Source of the DNA: Candidatus Saccharibacteria bacterium UBA6575
GTDB lineage: Bacteria > Patescibacteriota > Saccharimonadia > Saccharimonadales > Saccharimonadaceae
Reading direction: 5' to 3'
Assembly: GCA_002434005.1 (NCBI GenBank)
Contig: DJJF01000015.1
Location: 1,004 to 45,111 of the forward strand
Length of the DNA stretch: 44,108 nt
The notes under the pieces were generated by a model. The model saw only the letters and a program-made list of their open reading frames with translations. It was not told where the DNA came from and did not search any database. Shown piece after piece: positions 1-8,614 of the stretch (position 1 is the first letter of the stretch; each line of letters begins with the position of its first letter). Made by a program: the position numbers and the translations under genes.

Positions 1-2
1 AC

Positions 3-1157
3 ACGTCCCAGGCCTGCTGGCCGAAGGACGCAGCCGCCAACGTGACCGTGACGCCGCCGACGTGCGACGCGGCGGGGACGGCTTCGGTGACGGGTCTGCA
101 GAACGCGACGCTCGTGGGCACGCTCGACCAGTCGGTCGGCACCCACGTCGCGACGTTCAAGGCCGAGCCCGGCCACCTGTTCGCCAACGGCAGCGACACC
201 CTCCAGGTGTCGTACACGGTGGCGCCGAAGGACACATCCAAGTGTGAGGTCGTGAACCCCGTCAACCCGGAGGTCCAGCAGAGCACGTGCGTGGACGGCA
301 AGCCGACCACACCCATGCTCACGCTGGCGTCCACCGAGGGCATCGCCTACACCGTGTCGGCCCAGGCTCCCTACGGCCCGGGTCAGACGGTCGTGGTGAC
401 CGCCACCTGGGACGCGACCCACAACCAGCCGGCGAACCTGCCGGCCGGGTGGACCAAGACGTCGGCCAACGCGGCGACGTACAAGGTCACGTTCGCGAAG
501 CCGGATTGCACCGTGACCGTCCAGCCGCCGACCATCCCGGTCGTCGACGAGTGCGGTCCGAACAACGCCCACTACGGGGCGGTCCCCACCGGTCCCTGGA
601 CCTCGGTGACCAACTCTGACGGCAGCGTCACGGTCACGGCCAACCCTGGGAACACCTTCCCGAACGGTCAGTCCGTCACCTACCCGGCGCAGGTCGACTC
701 GAACGTGCCGTGCCCGGTGCCGCCGACGCCGCCCACCCCGACGTGCCCCGACGGCACGCCGTGGACGGACAGCAACCACAACGGCATGCCGGACGAGTGC
801 GTGGAGATCATCCCGCCGGTCCAGCTGACGGTGGTCAAGGGCGGTGCTGACATGCAGGACAAGTGCGGCACGGCCGGTGACATGTACATCGTCAAGCGCG
901 ACAAGGGCATCGTCTACACGGCCAACGGCAAGCGTGTCCGCGAGGGCAAGTGGCTGCCGACCAAGGGTGCCAAGACGGTCGTCGTCAAGGCCAAGGCCGC
1001 GTCCAAGAAGTACGTGCTGAAGCAGGGCTCGAAGACCATCTGGGTGTTCGGGTTCTCCACCAAGCCGTGCAAGCAGAAGCCCGACGAGCCGGTCCACACC
1101 GGTGCCAAGACGGCTTCGGCCAAGGTGCTCGGTCGGTTCAACCGCATGGTGGCATGA
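3..1157 (+). CDS. 5'-truncated secreted/cell-surface repeat protein with actinobacterial-type composition
   Basis: The frame is open from the window edge, with no stop upstream of the listed start at 42, and ends at TGA 1155-1157. GC is about 70% and third codon positions are almost all G/C. Cys-bounded modules repeat (..TCD...YTVAPKDTSKCE / ..TCVDG...KVTFAKPDC / ..DECG...NVPC), followed by a PPTPPTPTCP linker. The stop overlaps the next start (ATGA). Confidence 0.6.
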   Translation, partial: TSQACWPKDAAANVTVTPPTCDAAGTASVTGLQNATLVGTLDQSVGTHVATFKAEPGHLFANGSDTLQVSYTVAPKDTSKCEVVNPVNPEVQQSTCVDGKPTTPMLTLASTEGIAYTVSAQAPYGPGQTVVVTATWDATHNQPANLPAGWTKTSANAATYKVTFAKPDCTVTVQPPTIPVVDECGPNNAHYGAVPTGPWTSVTNSDGSVTVTANPGNTFPNGQSVTYPAQVDSNVPCPVPPTPPTPTCPDGTPWTDSNHNGMPDECVEIIPPVQLTVVKGGADMQDKCGTAGDMYIVKRDKGIVYTANGKRVREGKWLPTKGAKTVVVKAKAASKKYVLKQGSKTIWVFGFSTKPCKQKPDEPVHTGAKTASAKVLGRFNRMVA

Positions 1158-1702
1158 ACGGGCGCCTTCGGGCGCTCATCGCAGCAGTGTCCGTCGTGCT
1201 CGGCTTCCTCGTATGGGGAGCCGGGCCGGCGGACGCCGCTCCGGAGCGCATCACGGCACCAGCAACCGGGCTGAACGCTCCGGTTGTCTATGTCGAAGCG
1301 CCGGCGGGTGACCTTGGTGTCAGGGATAACCTCCACGTGGTCTACGCGTGGAAACATGGTGATCCTCCCTGTGACGCCAGCGGCTCCACCGTGTATGCCG
1401 GCCATGCCTGGCGTGCCGGCAACGGTGTCGCTGATCACTGGGGTCGCTTCAAGCCTGGAGACAGAATCCGGGTAGGTGGCTGTGCGTTCAAGGTGACTCA
1501 CAAGGAGTACTGGGGAGCAGACCGGGGAATCGGTCCGCTTTCCAGCCAGACTGGGCCACCGCGAATCGCACTGATCACCTGCAAGGCTGACGACTACTCC
1601 AAGCGGACGGTCGTCTTCGCCCGCAAGGTCGGCAGTAACGCGCCGAAGCACTGGCGACACAGCAGAGCCGAAGAGCCGCCCCGGGGAGGGAGATCTCCAT
1701 AG
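1154..1702 (+). CDS. Sortase-family transpeptidase (class E/F-like), N-terminal membrane anchor
   Basis: Starts MNGRLRALIAAVSVVLGFLVWGAGPADA (signal/anchor). Catalytic-type motifs are TVYAGHAW (His), IALITCK (TxxTC Cys) and RTVVFARK (Arg). It is in frame within ORF 950..1702, and its ATG at 1154 overlaps the upstream stop. High GC. Confidence 0.7.
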   Translation: MNGRLRALIAAVSVVLGFLVWGAGPADAAPERITAPATGLNAPVVYVEAPAGDLGVRDNLHVVYAWKHGDPPCDASGSTVYAGHAWRAGNGVADHWGRFKPGDRIRVGGCAFKVTHKEYWGADRGIGPLSSQTGPPRIALITCKADDYSKRTVVFARKVGSNAPKHWRHSRAEEPPRGGRSP

Positions 1703-1718
1703 GGGCAACGGGTCGTGA

Positions 1719-1767
1719 CCCTCCACACAAGGATTCAGTTCCGAGTGTGGAGGGGCACGGCCTTTTT
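1719..1767 (+). terminator. Intrinsic terminator closing GC-rich island 1
   Basis: Perfect 10-bp stem CCCTCCACAC (1719-1728) / GTGTGGAGGG (1745-1754), followed by GCACGGCCTTTTT. GC drops sharply right after it. Confidence 0.6.
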
Positions 1768-1782
1768 CATTTTCTGAAGATA

Positions 1783-1811
1783 TTGAAATTATTATTAATT
1801 TATGTTATAAT
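1783..1811 (+). promoter_or_regulatory. Sigma70-type promoter (TTGAAA-17 nt-TATAAT)
   Basis: TTGAAA at 1783-1788, a 17-nt spacer, TATAAT at 1806-1811. The ATG at 1821 is only 9 nt after the -10 element, so the mRNA is near-leaderless. Confidence 0.6.
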
Positions 1812-1820
1812 GTTGTAATT

Positions 1821-2807
1821 ATGGAACGGCGACCTTCGTTTGTACGGAACGCGAACCTACGTCGTATCGGCGTAAGTGCACTATTTGGGACCAGCATGAT
1901 ACTACCGGCAGCGGTAGCGAGCGGCGGTGAAGCGCCTATGGTTGAAAAGCCGATAAAAACTTCGCTTGCCGATCAGCCGGGCTGGAAACTTGCTGCGCAT
2001 GAAGACTTTAGCGGCGACATAGAAGGTTGGGAAGTCATCAGTGCCGACCCCTCGAAGGGTCCGCGCTACGCTCAGTACGAACCGCAAAACGTGGTATTCA
2101 CCGGCGACTCAGTCGATATTACCAGCTATCGCCACTGCGGAGTCGAGCCAACAATTCAGAACCGCCAGACCGCTCCATGCCCGGAAGGCGTACCGACGCT
2201 TTACACATCGGGGCGTATCGAGCAGATCGATCATACTATCAAAGGTGACTTTAAGGTGTTCATCAAAGCCAAGATGACCGTCGATAAGAACGAACTACTT
2301 GGTACCCGGTACGAGCTATGGGCAAATAATCTGACGAAGTACCCGGACACTCGTAACCTTGGCTACTGTATTGAGGGTACGAGGCCGAATGGTGAGTTCG
2401 ATCCGGCTGAGATATTCAACACCAAATTCGCTACCGCCAATAACATCGCCCACTGTGAGGACGGTAAGCTATACGATGTGCCCCGAAAGCTCCGCATGCC
2501 AGAAGGCTGGCTTAAGAAAACAGTGCGACTAACAGCGACCCGTGTGAACGGAAAGATGGAATTCGAGATCAACGGGGAAGCGCTGCCGCTGCGTTCGGAC
2601 AGCGATAGGACTGTCGATCGACTTCGTGACTTCAAGGGAGTATCGTGGGATGAATTCAACGAGGTGCAGGATCTACCATACGGCATGATATTTTCGACGG
2701 CAGTTAACACGTTCGCGGATTCAAAAAACTTTCGGCCTGTCGATGACGATGAACCGTACAAACCACATACTCTTAGCATCCAAGACATGAAGCTATATAC
2801 ACGCTAG
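1821..2807 (+). CDS. Secreted glycoside hydrolase family 16-like (ConA-like glucanase fold)
   Basis: N-terminal signal-like segment. GH16-style landmarks occur in order: EDFSGD..GW, YEPQNVVFTGDSVDITS, LYTSGRIEQ, ELWANN, and GEFDPAE, which fits the ExDxxE catalytic motif. Confidence 0.6.
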   Translation: MERRPSFVRNANLRRIGVSALFGTSMILPAAVASGGEAPMVEKPIKTSLADQPGWKLAAHEDFSGDIEGWEVISADPSKGPRYAQYEPQNVVFTGDSVDITSYRHCGVEPTIQNRQTAPCPEGVPTLYTSGRIEQIDHTIKGDFKVFIKAKMTVDKNELLGTRYELWANNLTKYPDTRNLGYCIEGTRPNGEFDPAEIFNTKFATANNIAHCEDGKLYDVPRKLRMPEGWLKKTVRLTATRVNGKMEFEINGEALPLRSDSDRTVDRLRDFKGVSWDEFNEVQDLPYGMIFSTAVNTFADSKNFRPVDDDEPYKPHTLSIQDMKLYTR

Positions 2808-2810
2808 CTA

Positions 2811-2839
2811 TTGACAAATAATACTGTTTATGCTAATAT
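2811..2839 (+). promoter_or_regulatory. Sigma70-type promoter (TTGACA-17 nt-TAATAT)
   Basis: TTGACA at 2811-2816, a 17-nt AT-rich spacer, TAATAT at 2834-2839, upstream of the 2944 CDS. Confidence 0.55.
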
Positions 2840-2943
2840 AAATAGATTGCGCATGATACCTTTTGGTCCTCAGGCGTAACGTCCCAGTGCATCCGCGCTG
2901 GTGATACATCTCCGCTTCATCTTGTATGAGAGGAACCTTCCCC

Positions 2944-3432
2944 ATGAAGAATCTGTTTGCGGCTTCCGCATTGATCATCGGTCTGCTCTTCGGAGTCACC
3001 CCGAGCGTAAGCGCTCAGGCAGGCGACCCCGACGTCTCGTCGACGCAGGCGTACGCCGACCCGGCCGTGCAGAACGTGCGGGTCACCAAGTACAAGCGCG
3101 GCATCAACCGCGCGTGCCCCCAGGGCAGCGACAAGATGTTCATCCTGGACGTCACCATGAGTGACGACTCGGTGGGCACGTTCGTCGACAGCGACGACGC
3201 GTTCGCGGTGATCACGCTGCGCAGCGGCCTGCCGGTGATCGACACCGACATGTTCCTGAACGCGCTCGACGGGCTTCGGACCGCCAGCTACTACCTGTAC
3301 ACCGACAACCGGCGTGCCCAGGTGCGCAAGAATCCGGCCTGGAACAGCGTGACGGTCAAGGGCTCCAGCCCTGACGTCAAGCTCACGGCCAGCCTGCGCA
3401 AGGACTGCCAGGAGTACATCGAAGAGCAGTGA
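2944..3432 (+). CDS. Small secreted protein of unknown function; GC-rich mature domain behind a backbone-like signal peptide
   Basis: MKNLFAASALIIGLLFGVTPSVSAQA|GDP is a Sec signal with an AxA cleavage site. GAGAGGAA lies 8 nt upstream of the ATG at 2944 (alternative start at 2926). Sampled GC jumps from about 51% (2944-3000) to about 72% (3001-3060). Confidence 0.6.
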   Translation: MKNLFAASALIIGLLFGVTPSVSAQAGDPDVSSTQAYADPAVQNVRVTKYKRGINRACPQGSDKMFILDVTMSDDSVGTFVDSDDAFAVITLRSGLPVIDTDMFLNALDGLRTASYYLYTDNRRAQVRKNPAWNSVTVKGSSPDVKLTASLRKDCQEYIEEQ

Positions 3433-3445
3433 TGAAGTGGAGATC

Positions 3446-3491
3446 AGGGTGTGAGTGTATCGATTCGTCGATCCATACTTACACCCTTTTC
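3446..3491 (+). terminator. Intrinsic terminator
   Basis: Imperfect long stem AGGGTGTGAGTGTAT ... ATACTTACACCCT followed by TTTTC. Confidence 0.5.
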
Positions 3492-3504
3492 TCATGCCCG
3501 GATT

Positions 3505-3533
3505 TTGACACGCTCTAGCGTAAGAGGTATGAT
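3505..3533 (+). promoter_or_regulatory. Sigma70-type promoter (TTGACA-17 nt-TATGAT)
   Basis: TTGACA at 3505-3510 and TATGAT at 3528-3533, upstream of the 3575 CDS. Confidence 0.55.
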
Positions 3534-3574
3534 AGAGGCAAGCTAAATGCTCAAACAAAAAGGTATAAAACCAG

Positions 3575-5518
3575 GTGGACCAATTCCAATTCAATCAGGA
3601 TACTGATTCCCGACGTGGCTGGGCGCACAAGTTGCTATTCATCGGCATTACGTTCGGTGTGATCATCGTGGTTGGAATTGGCGTGTTCGCGTACACGTCA
3701 CAGCTGCCTGTCGATACGAAAGGCAGCGATGTAAAGGGCGGCGGTGCAAGCACCGACACCGGCTCGCGTGATGATTCCGATACTGACACGAGCCAATCTA
3801 CCGATGAAACGTCGACGGAAGATTCATCGGATGGCAATTGGTTCAGCTGGCTCTTTGGAAAACATAGCATCGCCGCAAAGGTCACTAGTTCTTCCGGGCT
3901 AAAAGGTTCAGTGCAGTACCTGAACGTACTCGCCAGCCTTACACCAAGCGAAGGTGCATCATTCGAGCCGACATCGCTACGTCTTAAACTTGTCTCAAAT
4001 CCGCGAGCCGGATCGGTACTAAGTGCCGACAAGCGAAATGTTACGGCACCAGGAGAAGGTACGTATTCCGCACTAGATAATGGCATCATCCGATTTACCC
4101 CTACGGCTCAATTTGTTGGCCAGGCACGGGGAGTAGGTTTTACCGTGACAGACACGGCCGGCGTAACGTTTACGAGTAGCTACATACCTGTCGTGAATGA
4201 CGTGGCGACTCCTCCGACACCCCCCGTCGTAACATGTAGCGACCCGGCCAGCGAAGGTATCTCATTATCAAACAGCAGGTTCTTTCTCTATTCGAATTTG
4301 GAGACGATGCCATTGGTTACCGACGCATGGAGTACGAACACGCTGAAGGGAAGTGATACCTTGAGCAGCCTTTACGTGATTGATGACAATGGCAATCTAC
4401 TACGCACATCAGAGGGTCAGTCTCGATGGAGCGCGGTACCAATAGCTAGTAATATGCGAGTGAACAGCTATGCTACAAGCAATGACGGTAACACGATATT
4501 CGCCAATGGACAAAGTGGTGACAATGATGCGGCTGGCTATCTGTCAACGGACGCAGGGAACACATGGACAAAACGATCGACGCTTTCTACCGATGGTGTC
4601 ATTGCCATGTCCGAATCTGGTCAAGTGATGATTACGAATGGTACGTCTGACCCTGAAGGCGGATTCGGAGTTATCACATCAATCGATGGTGGTACGACAT
4701 GGCTTCCAGCCCCAATAAATGCGGTTAACGTTGGGTCGGTCGCCCTAACGCCCGACGGCACGAAGATGTTCGTCGCGGCATTCGACCCGGTCGAAAACGA
4801 CTACCGAATATACCGCTCGACGGATAGCGGCCAGACTTGGGATTCAGTTGACCCGACCACTGACAATATCGGCTATGGCAGACTACTCACGAATGACGCA
4901 GGGACTGAACTATTCATGGATGCATATAGCTTCGATGATGATTCAAGTCCTCTGTATTATTCTAGCGATGGAGGTGATACCTGGCAGCAGGTGACGATAC
5001 CAGAAGGTATGAATGTCGATTTACTACAGATGTCGCTCGACGCATCGCGTATCGTTATGACGGCTCATGACCAGGATTACGCTGTGCAGCTGTACCAATC
5101 AACTGATAGCGGCGTCACTTGGCAGCCTATCACCGCACCGGGAAGTAGTTTCATTGCAGCATATGCTGGCCGAGACGGTACCTCGATTACGGTCGCGTCA
5201 TCGGAGGGTATCGTGACAAGCCATGATGGCGGAGTAACCTGGAACGCAGTCGCAAATATTCACGAGCGTTTCGATCTGACGAAGGTGGATCTCGACCCGC
5301 TGACTCCTGGCCAACAAATCTTCATAGATAAGACTGCCACGCAAGGATGGAGACTCGACTACGACACTTCTACGGGCATATTGACTCACGAGGTGACAGA
5401 CACAGACAAGTATGCAGAGCACACGGAAACCAGCACCGTCCAATACACGCTCATGCCTAAGCCAAATTGCTCGTCGCCAGCACCTGGAACGATAAACTTG
5501 ATAAAGGCTGATTTTTAG
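3575..5518 (+). CDS. Membrane-anchored surface protein with an Ig-like/CshA-like repeat and BNR/Asp-box beta-propeller repeats
   Basis: N-terminal TM segment (LLFIGITFGVIIVVGIGVFAY), then an S/D/T-rich linker. Six SxDxGxTW Asp-box motifs: STDAGNTW, SIDGGTTW, STDSGQTW, SSDGGDTW, STDSGVTW, SHDGGVTW. Confidence 0.7.
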   Translation: MDQFQFNQDTDSRRGWAHKLLFIGITFGVIIVVGIGVFAYTSQLPVDTKGSDVKGGGASTDTGSRDDSDTDTSQSTDETSTEDSSDGNWFSWLFGKHSIAAKVTSSSGLKGSVQYLNVLASLTPSEGASFEPTSLRLKLVSNPRAGSVLSADKRNVTAPGEGTYSALDNGIIRFTPTAQFVGQARGVGFTVTDTAGVTFTSSYIPVVNDVATPPTPPVVTCSDPASEGISLSNSRFFLYSNLETMPLVTDAWSTNTLKGSDTLSSLYVIDDNGNLLRTSEGQSRWSAVPIASNMRVNSYATSNDGNTIFANGQSGDNDAAGYLSTDAGNTWTKRSTLSTDGVIAMSESGQVMITNGTSDPEGGFGVITSIDGGTTWLPAPINAVNVGSVALTPDGTKMFVAAFDPVENDYRIYRSTDSGQTWDSVDPTTDNIGYGRLLTNDAGTELFMDAYSFDDDSSPLYYSSDGGDTWQQVTIPEGMNVDLLQMSLDASRIVMTAHDQDYAVQLYQSTDSGVTWQPITAPGSSFIAAYAGRDGTSITVASSEGIVTSHDGGVTWNAVANIHERFDLTKVDLDPLTPGQQIFIDKTATQGWRLDYDTSTGILTHEVTDTDKYAEHTETSTVQYTLMPKPNCSSPAPGTINLIKADF

Positions 5519-5596
5519 GCATGTATGTTTTGACTCTGCAACCCTACGGCCACAGGCACCATTTACGTAGCCTTTGATCGAGCTGAATAAAACCGC

Positions 5597-6688
5597 TTAT
5601 TTTGACACGTTGAATCGGAACTCAACGATGTCGCCAGGGCGCATGATATAGTCTTTGCCTTCAGTCCGCATCTTACCAGCAGCTTTCGCAGCCTGCTCGT
5701 TGCCCGCGGTGACTAAGTCGTCGTAGTCAACGATTGAAGCGGCAATAAAGCCACGCTCGAAGTCACCATGAATCACACCGGCGGCTTGCGGAGCGGTCGC
5801 GCCTTTACGAATCGTCCAGGCGCGAACTTCCTTTTCACCAGCTGTTAAGTAGCTCTGCAGGCCTAGAGTATCGTAGGCTGCGTGAATCAGTTGATTGAGA
5901 CCTCGCTCTTTCACCCCATAGCTATCGAGTAGCTCAGCTGCATCATCGTCGCCAAGTCCGCGTAGTTCTTCTTCTAGCTTGGCACAAATGAACACACTTC
6001 TCACGGGAGCGATTAAATCATTCAATTCTGCCTGTTTAGCAGCATCAGCGATTGTGTCTTCATCGACATTGAATACATAGATAACAGGCTTGGCGGTGAG
6101 TAGATGCAAATCACCAATTGCTTCGTAATCAAGTGAGGGAAGAGCGGAGAGCGGCGTGCCTTCGTTCAGGTGGCGCATCAGGCTGTCTAAGTATTCCAGC
6201 TGCTCGCGGGCGCCCGGATTGGCCTTGGCTTCCTTCTGAATCTTAGGAATACGGTTCTCGATCGTCTGGATATCGGCCAAGATCAATTCCGTGTTAATAA
6301 CGTCTATGTCACCCTTCGGATTAACAGCCGATTCGTCGTGGCGCAGTACGGAATCGTCGCTGAAAGCACGCACTACATGGATGATTGCATCGCAGTTGCG
6401 GATGTTGGCTAGGAACTTGTTGCCCAGGCCTTCGCCTTTGCTCGCTCCGGCTACAAGTCCAGCGATGTCAACGAATGTTACGGTCGCAGGTATCACTTTT
6501 TGGGTTGAATACATTTTTTCCAATACCTGTAAGCGAGCGTCAGGGACAGGCACGATACCGGTGTTCGGCTCGATTGTAGCGAATGGATAATTTGCCGCTA
6601 AAATCTCACTATCGGTCAACGCATTAAATAACGTCGATTTACCGACGTTGGGAAGCCCGACGATGCCGATGGATAGACTCAAAACCAA
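5597..6688 (-). CDS. ychF: Ribosome-binding ATPase YchF (Obg-like GTPase family)
   Basis: GIVGLPNVGKSTLFNALT P-loop, and the conserved C-terminal TGS-like end ...YIMRPGDIVEFRFNV. TTG start at 6688, or the TTG at 6682, which sits 6 nt after AAGAGG. Confidence 0.9.
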   Translation of the reverse strand: MVLSLSIGIVGLPNVGKSTLFNALTDSEILAANYPFATIEPNTGIVPVPDARLQVLEKMYSTQKVIPATVTFVDIAGLVAGASKGEGLGNKFLANIRNCDAIIHVVRAFSDDSVLRHDESAVNPKGDIDVINTELILADIQTIENRIPKIQKEAKANPGAREQLEYLDSLMRHLNEGTPLSALPSLDYEAIGDLHLLTAKPVIYVFNVDEDTIADAAKQAELNDLIAPVRSVFICAKLEEELRGLGDDDAAELLDSYGVKERGLNQLIHAAYDTLGLQSYLTAGEKEVRAWTIRKGATAPQAAGVIHGDFERGFIAASIVDYDDLVTAGNEQAAKAAGKMRTEGKDYIMRPGDIVEFRFNVSK

Positions 6689-6987
6689 CCTCTTCTTTCT
6701 GGATTAATGGGATGTGGCCCTTAATGACTGCTTTGTCTTTCGAGGATTGAACCTCGGTAACTAGATGCCTAATTATAGCTTTTCTATCTGTAAAGTCCAA
6801 GTTTCTCAGTGCTGAACGAGCAGCAGAGCTTAACTTGTCGACTGACCATGTATCTTTGCTCGGCAGTCAGATTGGTTAAGTTAACCCTTGTATGGTATAA
6901 ATAATAAAAGTTCTTCAGTATAGAAGAAAGGTCTCGGAAACTACCGAGACCTTGTTCATTCCCAGCCCAAGAAGATAGGCGTGTACA

Positions 6988-8502
6988 GTGAAAGTAAATC
7001 GGTTCTTGTCGATGGCATTCTCTTGTGTGTTGCTTGCAACGCTAATGGGAACTGTTACGAGTAAAGCGTATGCGGCGAGTGATTACGACTCGTTCCTCAA
7101 TGTCACACCTACGCTATATGCGTACACCGATGGCCCGACGATGTCGGCCAAAATTGACCTGAGTACGACATGGCTCTCGGAATTTGAGCAGACCTACGAG
7201 AAGAGAGTTGTCGCACATCCAAGCTGGTCTCCAGATTTCATGAACGAGCTCAACGACATCATGTCCGAAGGCGGTTCCTGGGGTGTGTACGCAAAGCGGG
7301 TATCCGGTCTAGGAATTCAGATAGGTATCGTAGGTACCAGGGACCCTGATGGCTTCTGCCAGTTCAATGGTCCTGCGGCAACAGGTACATTTGCGTGCTC
7401 CGCAAATCCCGGGTATGGGTTCATCACGACTGATTACTTTACCCATAATTCATTTGGGTATAACGGCTGTGGCGGCTCCACGTGTAGCCAGAAAGGGATG
7501 AATACCTACGCGGAGCCCAATGTTGTTACCAGCACGGGAGGAGGAGCATTTCTCACAATCCCCAACACTGCGTTGGACGATTTCGAATTCTACTTCATGA
7601 ACTTCGACATCAACTATCCGGTTGGCTACCAGGGTGAAATGATTCCCACGTCACAGCCAGGCAACCGGTATGTGGCGATGGGGGATTCTTACTCATCCGG
7701 AGAGGGTAATCTCCCTTACGACTATGGGTCAGACACGATGGCAAACGTCTGTCACCGCAGCTCCAACGCATACCCGCGGCAACTCCAGGAAGATTTGGAC
7801 CTGAATCCGATGGTTTTTTCGGCATGCTCTGGTGCGGTGTCCGAGTATGTAATCGATAGTGCGAACCAGGAAAATCCGGAGCTACCACAGGCCGTGTATG
7901 TCTCAGATGCCACTGAACTGGTCACCATGACCATGGGAGGGAACGATGCGCAATTCGTACCTGCGATTCGAGAGTGTCTTGCTTCCACCGTTGCACAGGA
8001 CTGTCTTGACGCACTCGCGACGTCCAGTGCCATTGTGAACAGCACCGCATTCGAGTCCAACCTCGAGGAAATTTACGAAGGAGTGAAGTCTTTCGGCAAT
8101 ACCGATACGCAAATCATGGTGATTGGCTACCCGAGACTCTTCGCTCCATATGATGACATCGCGGGCACCTGCACCTGGGGTGACCCTGTTGTAGCTGCGT
8201 TTACGGATGTTCTCTCAGGGAGGACTATCACAGAAGATGAGCTCGATGCGCTCGCCGAACTGCAGAGTGACCTGAATCAGGCAATTTCCAACGCTGTTAC
8301 TGCCACCATGGACTCGGACATCAGTTTCATCGACCCGACTGCAGCTTTTTCGGGTCACGAGCTCTGCGGCGCGCAGACGGTCAAGTACATCAACGAGATC
8401 TCCCTGAGCGTCAACACTGGCGACCTCTTTTCTGGTTCATTCCACCCGAACCAGGCCGGTCAAGACGCCCTGGCATCGCTCGTAGGTGTTGAGCTCAGCT
8501 AG
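6988..8502 (+). CDS. Secreted SGNH/GDSL-family lipase/esterase with an unknown N-terminal domain
   Basis: Signal peptide ...GTVTSKAYA. SGNH blocks are VAMGDSYSSGEGN (block I), MTMGGNDAQF (block III) and SFHPNQAG (block V). Confidence 0.7.
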   Translation: MKVNRFLSMAFSCVLLATLMGTVTSKAYAASDYDSFLNVTPTLYAYTDGPTMSAKIDLSTTWLSEFEQTYEKRVVAHPSWSPDFMNELNDIMSEGGSWGVYAKRVSGLGIQIGIVGTRDPDGFCQFNGPAATGTFACSANPGYGFITTDYFTHNSFGYNGCGGSTCSQKGMNTYAEPNVVTSTGGGAFLTIPNTALDDFEFYFMNFDINYPVGYQGEMIPTSQPGNRYVAMGDSYSSGEGNLPYDYGSDTMANVCHRSSNAYPRQLQEDLDLNPMVFSACSGAVSEYVIDSANQENPELPQAVYVSDATELVTMTMGGNDAQFVPAIRECLASTVAQDCLDALATSSAIVNSTAFESNLEEIYEGVKSFGNTDTQIMVIGYPRLFAPYDDIAGTCTWGDPVVAAFTDVLSGRTITEDELDALAELQSDLNQAISNAVTATMDSDISFIDPTAAFSGHELCGAQTVKYINEISLSVNTGDLFSGSFHPNQAGQDALASLVGVELS

Positions 8503-8536
8503 ACGCAGCATCTGAAAAACACCCGCTGAAGAACAC

Positions 8537-8561
8537 CGCCCCCGATGTAGTGTCGGGGGCG
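8537..8561 (+). terminator. GC-rich hairpin after the lipase gene
   Basis: CGCCCCCGA (8537-8545) / TCGGGGGCG (8553-8561), a perfect 9-bp stem. The T-tract is weak (TCTTCAC). Confidence 0.4.
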
Positions 8562-8614
8562 TCTTCACGCATGAATCTTTCAACGATGAAGCTAAGTAAT
8601 GTATCATTATACTT

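Noticed and set aside
1084-1157. PVHTG near the C-terminus of the surface protein as a sortase sorting signal.
   Set aside because: The tail after TG (AKTASAKVLGRFNRMVA) is short and not hydrophobic, unlike a canonical LPXTG, hydrophobic segment and basic tail. The sortase-substrate relationship therefore remains unproven.
914-1726. Long antisense and alternative-frame ORFs inside the GC-rich islands (for example 914..1726 -, 2917..3594 -, 12040..12846 -, 287..619 +).
   Set aside because: High-GC DNA has few stop codons in any frame. These ORFs translate to Arg/Gly/Pro-rich low-complexity sequence and overlap sense-strand ORFs that have signal peptides, domain motifs and strong GC3 bias.
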